From positions 1-24,983 of the forward strand of contig CAIVBF010000017.1 in the NCBI GenBank assembly GCA_903904095.1: 24,983 bases of DNA, in the 5' to 3' direction. Shown here piece by piece: positions 17,846-24,983 of this stretch; positions within the stretch are counted from its first letter, which is position 1; each line of letters starts with the position of its first letter. The notes below the pieces were generated by a model, which ran no database searches, had not been told where the DNA came from, and saw nothing but the letters and a program-made list of their open reading frames with translations. Position numbers and translations under genes: made by a program. The stretch comes from an uncultured bacterium (lineage in GTDB: Bacteria > Patescibacteriota > Patescibacteriia > Patescibacteriales > UBA12465).

Positions 17846-19351
17846 ATGGATAGTAATTTTTTTAAAAAACATTTCTTCTTTTCCGGTTGGCTTAATACTT
17901 GGCGTCCTTATTTTTTATTTTTTTTAATAATTTTTATTATTTACGGCCAAACTTTATTTTTTGGCCTAACTTATTGGGATGATAATGCTTTAATTATTGA
18001 TAATCAGGAAATTCTGAGCGATTTTAGAAATATAAAAACAATCTTTTCAACCGATGCCTTTTTTTCTGATAATAAGTTCTATTATCGGCCGATGTTGAAT
18101 CTATCTTTCATGGTTGATGCGCAGCTCGGTCACTTAAATTATGCCGTTTATCATATATCTAATTTATTATGGCATTTATTAGCGATTAGCTTGCTCTTTT
18201 TGATTTTAAAAAGGCTATTTAAAAAACCGCCGCTGGCTTTTTACCTAACTTTAGTATTTCTGGTTCATCCTGTTTTAACTCAGGCGGTTGCCTGGTTGCC
18301 GGGGCGGAACGATTCGCTAGTAACGGTTTTTATTTTATTAGCTTTTTGGTTCTTTCTAAATTTTGTTGATAAATATAAGCTATCATCATTTTTATTATAC
18401 CTGGTATTTTTTTGGTTGGCATTGCTTAGCAAGGAAACCAGTGTATTTTTTCCGCTACTTTTAGTGGTTTATTTTTTTACTATCGGCAAGGAAAAAAAAA
18501 TTGCTCGTTCCGATCAGGGCTTGATTCTTATTGGTTCAGCGGCGGTTGGCTTCATTTGGTTCCTAATGAGGTACTTTGCTCTTCAGGGTGAGAAAATCAG
18601 CACGGAGTCGGCTTTGATTTCGGTTTTTCATAATTTACCGGCCGCTCTAGCCATGGGAGCGAAAATGATTTTACCTTTTAATTTATCAGTTTTACCAGTC
18701 GCGGCTGATACGAATTTTATTTTTAGTTTAATTGCTTGGCCGGCGCTTATTTTAGTTATTCTTTTATCTCGCCGTAAAAACTTAAATTATTTAATTTTTG
18801 GTATTGCCTGGTTTCTTATTTTTTTCTTGCCGCCTTTTATTGTTTCTACGGCGGCGCCTTATTTGCTTGAGCATCGTTTATATCTGCCCCTAATTGGTTT
18901 TCTAATTGCTTTATTTAGTTTTGACAGTATACGTAATTTAGATTGGAATAAAAAAATTGTTTGGTCGGTCGGCGCGTTAATTTTATGTTTGTTTAGTTCT
19001 ATAACTATTTGGCATAGTCGTGATTTCAAGGAACCTTTAATTTTTTGGCAGGCAGCTATTAAAGATTCTCCTCATTCGCCGCTAGCTAACCGTAATCTCG
19101 GAGTTATGTATTATTTTAATAATGATATCGCCAACTCTGAAAAATATTACCGCGCTTCTCTGACTTTGAACCCGGACGAACCGATGGTCCATAATAATCT
19201 AGGGGTTATTTATATGGGGCAAAAAAGATTTAAAGAGGCTGAAGAAGAGTTTAATAAGGAGCTGGAAATTAATCCTGGATATGATAAAGCGACTTATAAT
19301 TTAAATGATTTAAAATTAAGAGAATCAGATTTGCTTATTTTGAAAAAATAG
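17846..19351 (+). CDS. Multi-pass GT-C membrane protein with C-terminal TPRs, TMTC-like
   Basis: YWDDNALIIDN, YYRPM, YHISNLLWH, FLVHPVLTQAVAWLPGRND, LLSKET, EHRLYLP, then about 2-3 TPRs (ANRNLGVMYY, VHNNLGVIY, LEINP). ATG 17846 preferred over TTG 17840. Confidence 0.82.
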   Translation: MDSNFFKKHFFFSGWLNTWRPYFLFFLIIFIIYGQTLFFGLTYWDDNALIIDNQEILSDFRNIKTIFSTDAFFSDNKFYYRPMLNLSFMVDAQLGHLNYAVYHISNLLWHLLAISLLFLILKRLFKKPPLAFYLTLVFLVHPVLTQAVAWLPGRNDSLVTVFILLAFWFFLNFVDKYKLSSFLLYLVFFWLALLSKETSVFFPLLLVVYFFTIGKEKKIARSDQGLILIGSAAVGFIWFLMRYFALQGEKISTESALISVFHNLPAALAMGAKMILPFNLSVLPVAADTNFIFSLIAWPALILVILLSRRKNLNYLIFGIAWFLIFFLPPFIVSTAAPYLLEHRLYLPLIGFLIALFSFDSIRNLDWNKKIVWSVGALILCLFSSITIWHSRDFKEPLIFWQAAIKDSPHSPLANRNLGVMYYFNNDIANSEKYYRASLTLNPDEPMVHNNLGVIYMGQKRFKEAEEEFNKELEINPGYDKATYNLNDLKLRESDLLILKK

Positions 19352-19364
19352 CTAATATAGTAGT

Positions 19365-21011
19365 ATGTTTAAGGACTTTTTTAAGAAACAAATAAATAGC
19401 ATAACAGTCGCGGCCGCTCTTATTGCCATGTCCTCTTTAGCTTCTCGTTTTTTAGGGATTGTTAGAGATCGTATTTTGGCTTCACAGTTCGGGGCCGGGA
19501 CTACTTTAGATATTTATTATGCCGCCTTTAGAGTTCCTGACCTAATTTATAATTTAATAATTTTAGGCGCCTTATCGGCCGGTTTTATTCCAATTTTTAC
19601 CAGCCTAATCAAAGATTTTAAATGTGAAAGAAATAAGGACTGTGATCCGACTGTCCAGAACAAAGAGGCCTGGGATCTTTCTAATAATGTTTTAAATTAT
19701 TTATTTTTAGGACTTGGTGTTTTATCAATAATCGGTATTATTTTCGCACCGGCCTTAACTCGTTTAATTACCCCTGGCTTTAGCCCAGAGGAACAGGCCA
19801 GTACCGCCGCTTTAACGCGGATAATGTTTTTATCGCCTTTATTTTTAGGCATCTCTGGAATTTTAGGCGGGATTTTGCAATCTTTTAAACGTTTCATGAT
19901 TTATTCACTGGCACCGGTTTTTTATAATCTAGGAATTATTGTCGGGGCTCTATTCTTCGTTAAATTTTTTGGTATTTTCGGTTTGGCCTGGGGAGTTGTT
20001 CTCGGTGCTTTCTTACATATGGCTATTCAGATTCCAACCGTATACCATCTCGGCTTCCGCTACCAGTTTAAAATTAGGCGCCATGATTTAAATACGATGA
20101 AGATCGGGCGAATGATGGTTCCGCGAACTTTGAGCTTAGCGATTTCCCAGATAAATTTAGTTGTTGTTACCGCCTTAGCTTCTAATCTAGCTAGCGGATC
20201 ATTAGCGGTTTTTAATTTTGCTAATAATCTGCAATCATTTCCCATCGGGATTTTTGGTATTTCTTTTGCGATTGCCGCTTTTCCGTCCTTAGCGGCTAAC
20301 GCTTTTGATAAGGAAAAATTAACGGCTAATTTTTCTCAGAGCTTTCGTCAAATTTTATTTTTTATAATCCCCTCAACCGTTTTAATAGTCGCTTTACGGG
20401 CGCAGATTATCAGAGTTGTTTTAGGATCGGGAAAATTTGATTGGCAGGACACGATTTTAACCATGAATACTTTAGGTATTTTTGCGATTAGTCTTTTTGC
20501 TCAAGCGACTATTCCTCTTCTGGTTAGAGTTTATTATGCCCGCCATAATTCCCGCACGCCTTTTTATATTGGTCTTTTCACGGTTGCGGTCAACACTATT
20601 CTAGCTTTATATTTAGCACCGCGCCTAGGCGTTGTCGGCCTAGCCCTAGCTTATTCAATTGATAATATTTTAAATTTTGTCTTACTCTGGGTTTGGTTAG
20701 CACATAAGGTTGGTAATCTTGATATAAAACATATCTTAATATCAGTTATGAAATTTATTGTCAGCGCTTTAGCGGCTGGTGGCGCGGCGCAAATTTCCAA
20801 AGTTCTGATTTGGCCCTATGTTGATATGACGAAATTTAGCGGTGTATTTTTACAGTTAATTTGGGCCGGCTTAGTAGGAATTTTAATTTATGCTTTATTC
20901 TGCTATCTTTTAAAAAGCGAAGAATTATTAGATTTTCTGGCAACGATAGGAAAACGTTGGTCACCTAAAAAAGTTAATATTGATGACCAGGGAGAAGCGC
21001 GTGGCGTTTAA
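19365..21011 (+). CDS. murJ: Lipid II flippase MurJ/MviN
   Basis: SRFLGIVRDRILASQFGAG, DIYYAAFRVPDLIY, GALSAGFIP, FSLAPVFYNL, FANNLQSFPIGIFG, RVYYARHNSRTP; about 14 TM. Confidence 0.96.
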   Translation: MFKDFFKKQINSITVAAALIAMSSLASRFLGIVRDRILASQFGAGTTLDIYYAAFRVPDLIYNLIILGALSAGFIPIFTSLIKDFKCERNKDCDPTVQNKEAWDLSNNVLNYLFLGLGVLSIIGIIFAPALTRLITPGFSPEEQASTAALTRIMFLSPLFLGISGILGGILQSFKRFMIYSLAPVFYNLGIIVGALFFVKFFGIFGLAWGVVLGAFLHMAIQIPTVYHLGFRYQFKIRRHDLNTMKIGRMMVPRTLSLAISQINLVVVTALASNLASGSLAVFNFANNLQSFPIGIFGISFAIAAFPSLAANAFDKEKLTANFSQSFRQILFFIIPSTVLIVALRAQIIRVVLGSGKFDWQDTILTMNTLGIFAISLFAQATIPLLVRVYYARHNSRTPFYIGLFTVAVNTILALYLAPRLGVVGLALAYSIDNILNFVLLWVWLAHKVGNLDIKHILISVMKFIVSALAAGGAAQISKVLIWPYVDMTKFSGVFLQLIWAGLVGILIYALFCYLLKSEELLDFLATIGKRWSPKKVNIDDQGEARGV

Positions 21012-21021
21012 TTATAATTAT

Positions 21022-22848
21022 ATGTTAGAAATAAATAAAATCAGAAATTTTTGTATTATTGCGCACATAGACCACGGCAAGTCTACTTTGGCTGATCGTA
21101 TGCTTGAGGTAACCGGAACCGTTGAAAAAAGAAAAATGAAGGATCAGATTTTAGATGGAATGGATATTGAAAGGGAGCGGGGGATTACGATTAAATTACA
21201 GCCGGTGACTATGAATTATAAAGGCTATCAATTAAATTTAATTGATACTCCTGGCCATGTGGATTTTTCTTATGAGGTTTCCCGGTCTTTAGCGGCCGTT
21301 GAAGCGGCTGTTTTATTAGTTGACTGCACACAAGGTATTCAGGCGCAAACTTTAGCTAATTTATATTTAGCGCTTGAACAAAATTTAACTATTATTCCGG
21401 TTGTTAATAAGATTGATTTGCCGGCGGCCGATGTTCCTAAAACTAAACGAGAAATTATTAAATTACTAGGCTGCCGCGAAGATGAAATATTTTGCAGTTC
21501 CGGGAAAACCGGCGAGGGTGTTCCGGAAATTTTAGACGCGGTTATTAATAGCTGTCCATCTCCGCTTGAACCGCAGGAAAAGGACGCTCATCATAATTTT
21601 CCCCGTGCTTTAATTTTTGATTCTAAGTATGATACTTATCGCGGTGTTGTTGCCTATATCCGAGTTTTTAATGGGACGATTAAGAAGGGCGATAAGATTA
21701 AATTATTATCTAATTTAGTTGAGAGTGAAGTTTTGGATTGTGGTATATTTAAGCCGGATTATTTTTCCACGGCCGAATTAAGACCGGGCGATATCGGTTA
21801 TGTCATTACTGGCTTTAAGGACGTTTCGGACTGTCGTGTCGGCGATACTTTAACGGCTGGCGCAGGCCTGGGCCATAGCGCGCATTTAGAAGCACTACCA
21901 GGCTATAAGGAAGTTAAGCCGATGGTTTATGCCGGTATTTTTCCTAGAGAAGGCAGTGATTTTAAAGAATTAAGAGAAGCGATGGAAAAATTAAAATTAA
22001 ATGATGCGGCCTTAGTATACGAGCCGGAAAGATCGGACGCGCTTGGCTTTGGTTTTCGTTGCGGCTTTCTAGGATTACTGCACTTAGAAGTTTTTCAGGA
22101 ACGTTTACGTCGGGAATATAACCTGGATTTAATTGTTACTGTTCCGAGCGTCGCTTATAAAATTATCAAAAAGAACGGCGATGAAGACATTATTAGAACG
22201 CCGCAGAAATTACCGGACCCGACATTACTGGCGGCCATTGAAGAGCCTTGGACTAAATTAGATGTAATTAGTCCGAAAACTTACATGGGAAATATTATTA
22301 AGCTTGTTCAGGGCCGAAGAGGAATTTATAAAAACACTGAGTATATATCGGCCGAAAATGAAGATAGTCGGGTTATTCTTCACTATGAAATTCCTCTCTC
22401 AACGGTTTTAACCGATTTCTATGATAAAATAAAGAGTGTCTCAGCCGGTTATGCTTCAATTAATTATGAGTATTTAGATTATCGTCCAGCCGATGTTATA
22501 AAACTTGATATTTTAGTAGCGGAAGATATTATTGAATCGCTGGCAACAATTGTTTATCGCGATGACGCTTACCACGAGGGAAGGGAGATTGTGGAAATTC
22601 TAAAAAAGAATCTGTCAAAGCAAATGTTTGCAGTAAAGATTCAGGCGGCCATTGCCGGAAAAGTTATTGCCTCAGAAACGATATCGGCGATGCGCAAAGA
22701 TGTAACGGCTAAATTATACGGCGGTGATGTAACTAGAAAAAGAAAATTATTAGAGAAACAAAAGAAAGGAAAGAAAAAAATGATGGCGGCCGGCAAGGGA
22801 AGCGTTGATATTCCGGCCGATACTTTTGTTAAGATTTTAAAAAGATAA
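21022..22848 (+). CDS. lepA: Elongation factor 4 (LepA)
   Basis: RNFCIIAHIDHGKSTLAD, ERERGITIK, DTPGHVDF, NKID, LGFGFRCGFLGLLH, RKDVTAKLYGGDVTRKRKLLEKQK. Start set at ATG 21022 (no overlap with murJ). Confidence 0.98.
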   Translation: MLEINKIRNFCIIAHIDHGKSTLADRMLEVTGTVEKRKMKDQILDGMDIERERGITIKLQPVTMNYKGYQLNLIDTPGHVDFSYEVSRSLAAVEAAVLLVDCTQGIQAQTLANLYLALEQNLTIIPVVNKIDLPAADVPKTKREIIKLLGCREDEIFCSSGKTGEGVPEILDAVINSCPSPLEPQEKDAHHNFPRALIFDSKYDTYRGVVAYIRVFNGTIKKGDKIKLLSNLVESEVLDCGIFKPDYFSTAELRPGDIGYVITGFKDVSDCRVGDTLTAGAGLGHSAHLEALPGYKEVKPMVYAGIFPREGSDFKELREAMEKLKLNDAALVYEPERSDALGFGFRCGFLGLLHLEVFQERLRREYNLDLIVTVPSVAYKIIKKNGDEDIIRTPQKLPDPTLLAAIEEPWTKLDVISPKTYMGNIIKLVQGRRGIYKNTEYISAENEDSRVILHYEIPLSTVLTDFYDKIKSVSAGYASINYEYLDYRPADVIKLDILVAEDIIESLATIVYRDDAYHEGREIVEILKKNLSKQMFAVKIQAAIAGKVIASETISAMRKDVTAKLYGGDVTRKRKLLEKQKKGKKKMMAAGKGSVDIPADTFVKILKR

Positions 22849-22905
22849 TAAAATTGTTTAACGCTAGGCTTTGCGTAGCGAGTCCAGTTTAATATATTAA
22901 TTATT

Positions 22906-23004
22906 ATGAAAAGAAAAAAAGCTATTAAAGCACTTTGGATTTTTATATCCTTCATCGTTGTTGTTTCTATGCTTGCATGGACTCTCGGTGCGGTTTTTTA
23001 CTAA
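22906..23004 (+). CDS. 32-aa single-pass membrane microprotein MKRKKAIKALWIFISFIVVVSMLAWTLGAVFY (absent from the ORF track)
   Basis: ATG 22906 to TAA 23002-23004 fills the lepA-recJ gap. Basic N-terminus plus a ~22-residue hydrophobic helix; same T(-1) start context as neighbouring genes. Confidence 0.7.
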   Translation: MKRKKAIKALWIFISFIVVVSMLAWTLGAVFY

Positions 23005-23007
23005 AAA

Positions 23008-24831
23008 ATGAAAGAATGGAAAATTTATCCGAAGATCGGGCCAGACTTTATTGCAAATTATCCGGAAGTTAATTTGGTCCTTTTGCAATTGCTATTTAAC
23101 CGCGGTTTAAAGGACAAAATAGATATTCGGGCCTTTCTGGACAATGAGTTGGATTCCGATAAAGTTTTAAGAATTGGGGAAGACGACTCTCTGTCTTTTT
23201 ATGATCCGTTTTTATTTAAAAATATGTCGGCGGCAGTTGATTTAATAATATCGCATATTAAAAATGGCAATCCAATTGTTATTTATGGCGACTATGACGC
23301 TGACGGCGTTACTTCTTCGGTAATTCTTTTAGAAACTTTAAAGATATTACATGCTAAAGTTGAAGTTTATTTACCGGATCGGGTTAGCGAGGGCTACGGC
23401 TTAAATAAAATGGCGATCAATCAGATTGTCGCTCAGGGTTTTAAATTATTAATTACGGTTGATAATGGAATTAGAAATTTTGAAGAAGTCGCCTATGCCA
23501 AAAGCAAGGGCTTAGAAATAATTATTACCGATCATCATGTTTTACCGGAAGAAGAGAAGAAATTACCAGCTTGTTTATATATTGATCCGGCCGACAAAAC
23601 TGAAAAATATCCCTGGAATTATTTGGCTGGCGTCGGAGTTGCTTTTAAATTAATTTGTGCCCTGCTTGATCGTTCAAATTTAGCGCCAAAACAAAAGCAA
23701 TTAATAGCAGAAAAAAGTTTAGATTTAGTGGCGGTCGGAACAGTAGCTGATATGGTTAGTCTGCTTGGCGAGAATAGAATGCTGGTTAAACGCGGACTAC
23801 AAGTTTTAAATCAAAGCAAAAGACTTGGTTTAAATGAACTTATTAAAATCGCTAAAATAAATGTTGGCAAGCCGCTAGAAGCTTGGAATATTGGTTGGCA
23901 AATCGGACCGCGCTTAAATGCGGCTAGTCGTTTGAGCCATGCCAATACCGCTTTTGCTCTATTAACCACAACTGATGAAAACGAGGCAAAGGAATTAGCC
24001 AGTGAATTAAATCAAAGAAATATTAGCCGCCAAAAAATTACCGAAGAAATTAGCGCTCAGGTTGAAGCGCAGATTGATCCTAATAATTTGCCGTTGGTAA
24101 TTATTGGTTTAGCGGCTGAAGATCAGGTTTGGAATGAGGGGGTTATTGGTCTTGTTGCTGGGCGCATTGCTGAAAAATATTATCGTCCGACTTTAATTAT
24201 TACTCGCTTAGTTGAGGAGGCGGAATTTGATGCGACAACAAAAAAATTAATACCTAAGAAAGTGGCCTTTAAAAGTTCCGGTCGTTCGGTTGAGGAATTT
24301 AATTTGATTGAAGCAATTTCAACTCAGTCAGAATACTTAGATAAGTTCGGCGGGCACCCGATGGCCTGCGGTTTTTCCGTTAAGGGCGAAGAAAATTTAA
24401 ATAAATTTAAGGCCGGTTTATTAGATCTAGCCAGTCGCAAGCTTGAAGCGGCTAAATTAATTCCGAAATTGAAAATTGAAGCGGAATTATTATTTAAAGA
24501 TATTAATTTAGATTTGGCGGAAAAAATAAATTCTTTCGCTCCCTATGGCCAGAATAATCAGCAGCCGCGATTTGTAACTTATAATTTGCGAATTGATGAT
24601 ATTACTAATATGGGCGTTGATAATCAACATATTAAAATTCGTCTATCTTCTTTAAATAAAGAAAATGGCCGAACAAATTCTTTCTGGGCGCTATCTTTTG
24701 GCGGCACCGAAGTTTATAAGGAATTTAAAATCGGCGATGCGATTGATTTAGTTTATTATCTAGAGATTAATGATTTTAATGGACGGAAAGAAGAGCAGTT
24801 AAAAATTGTTGATATGAAAATTAGTAAATAA
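23008..24831 (+). CDS. recJ: Single-stranded-DNA-specific exonuclease RecJ
   Basis: DHH motifs IYGDYDADGVTS, PDRVSEGYG, ITVDNGI, ITDHH, LVAVGTVAD, GPRLNAASRL, GVIGLVAGRI; DHHA1 FGGHPMACG; C-terminal OB-like region (APYGQNNQQP, LEINDFNG). Confidence 0.96.
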   Translation: MKEWKIYPKIGPDFIANYPEVNLVLLQLLFNRGLKDKIDIRAFLDNELDSDKVLRIGEDDSLSFYDPFLFKNMSAAVDLIISHIKNGNPIVIYGDYDADGVTSSVILLETLKILHAKVEVYLPDRVSEGYGLNKMAINQIVAQGFKLLITVDNGIRNFEEVAYAKSKGLEIIITDHHVLPEEEKKLPACLYIDPADKTEKYPWNYLAGVGVAFKLICALLDRSNLAPKQKQLIAEKSLDLVAVGTVADMVSLLGENRMLVKRGLQVLNQSKRLGLNELIKIAKINVGKPLEAWNIGWQIGPRLNAASRLSHANTAFALLTTTDENEAKELASELNQRNISRQKITEEISAQVEAQIDPNNLPLVIIGLAAEDQVWNEGVIGLVAGRIAEKYYRPTLIITRLVEEAEFDATTKKLIPKKVAFKSSGRSVEEFNLIEAISTQSEYLDKFGGHPMACGFSVKGEENLNKFKAGLLDLASRKLEAAKLIPKLKIEAELLFKDINLDLAEKINSFAPYGQNNQQPRFVTYNLRIDDITNMGVDNQHIKIRLSSLNKENGRTNSFWALSFGGTEVYKEFKIGDAIDLVYYLEINDFNGRKEEQLKIVDMKISK

Positions 24832-24900
24832 AATAATTATTACGTAAATTATATTTTTCTCGCTCAGATTTTTTTCCGTTGTAAATCTTATTCGCCTCCT

Positions 24901-24979
24901 GCTATTAAATTTATACTGTCCCGCCCAAGCTAATTAAGATTAATATGAACTAGTAGCGGTCAGTATAATATTTAATAGC
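24901..24979. repeat. Imperfect 24-nt inverted repeat with 31-nt spacer downstream of recJ
   Basis: GCTATTAAATTTATACTGTCCCGC (24901-24924) versus GCGGTCAGTATAATATTTAATAGC (24956-24979): a 10-bp and an 8-bp perfect block separated by one bulged base, plus a 4-bp CCGC/GCGG block. Confidence 0.75.
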
Positions 24980-24983
24980 CCGG

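Noticed and set aside
21496-21510. LepA G5 motif reads SGK instead of SAK; C-terminal AKLYGG instead of AKCYGG
   Set aside because: Conservative variants with all other GTPase motifs intact; no reason to infer altered function.
22578-22585. GGGAAGGG matching the E. coli KOPS consensus in a window encoding FtsK
   Set aside because: A single occurrence inside lepA; the KOPS motif of this lineage is unknown and one hit is not evidence.
813-23088. Minus-strand ORFs in the track (813-1025, 1054-1260, 1816-2163, 2179-2409, 8090-8377, 8963-9223, 10011-10454, 14401-14619, 15838-16047, 19697-19897, 20060-20245, 22641-22955, 22897-23088)
   Set aside because: All are antisense shadows of well-supported + strand genes, with Ser/Phe/Ile-rich composition typical of reverse-complemented AT-rich codons and no motifs.
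24978-24983. GCCCGG at the window edge, 8 nt after TATAAT, resembling a tRNA 5' acceptor strand
   Set aside because: Only 6 nt are visible; it cannot be called without downstream sequence.
1-24983. CRISPR arrays, IS/transposase or integrase genes, rRNA, introns/inteins in rpoB/rpoC, known riboswitches
   Set aside because: No regularly spaced repeats, no recombinase or transposase motifs, no intein C/S...HN signatures at the insertions, and no riboswitch consensus recognised by eye; covariance-model searches were not run.

Overview
AT-rich bacterial chromosomal segment in which every credible gene lies on the + strand and none has a Shine-Dalgarno motif. Gene order: 3' end of an unknown ORF, ZnT9-like CDF transporter, ftsK, murE, rpoB-rpoC (own consensus sigma70 promoter, bidirectional terminator), then an apparent ~11.5 kb nine-gene operon: membrane-anchored hypothetical, small 2-TM hypothetical, ADP-forming acyl-CoA synthetase, Dpm1-like GT2, TMTC-like GT-C/TPR protein, murJ, lepA, an unannotated 32-aa membrane peptide, recJ. 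An ~80-nt inverted repeat lies at the right edge. The SD-less starts, MurE type, RpoB motif variants and ADP-forming acyl-CoA synthetase suggest Patescibacteria/CPR, Parcubacteria-like (inference, no search run). No mobile element, CRISPR array, rRNA or complete tRNA was seen. Most notable: (1) the near-invariant RNA polymerase trigger-loop histidine is an arginine (MRTFRTGG), with further changes around the secondary channel; (2) an adjacent Dpm1-like/TMTC-like pair suggesting a eukaryote-like protein O-glycosylation module; (3) a missed 32-aa membrane microprotein in frame with recJ; (4) a small promoter-terminator unit between ftsK and murE. All family calls are from motif recognition by eye.
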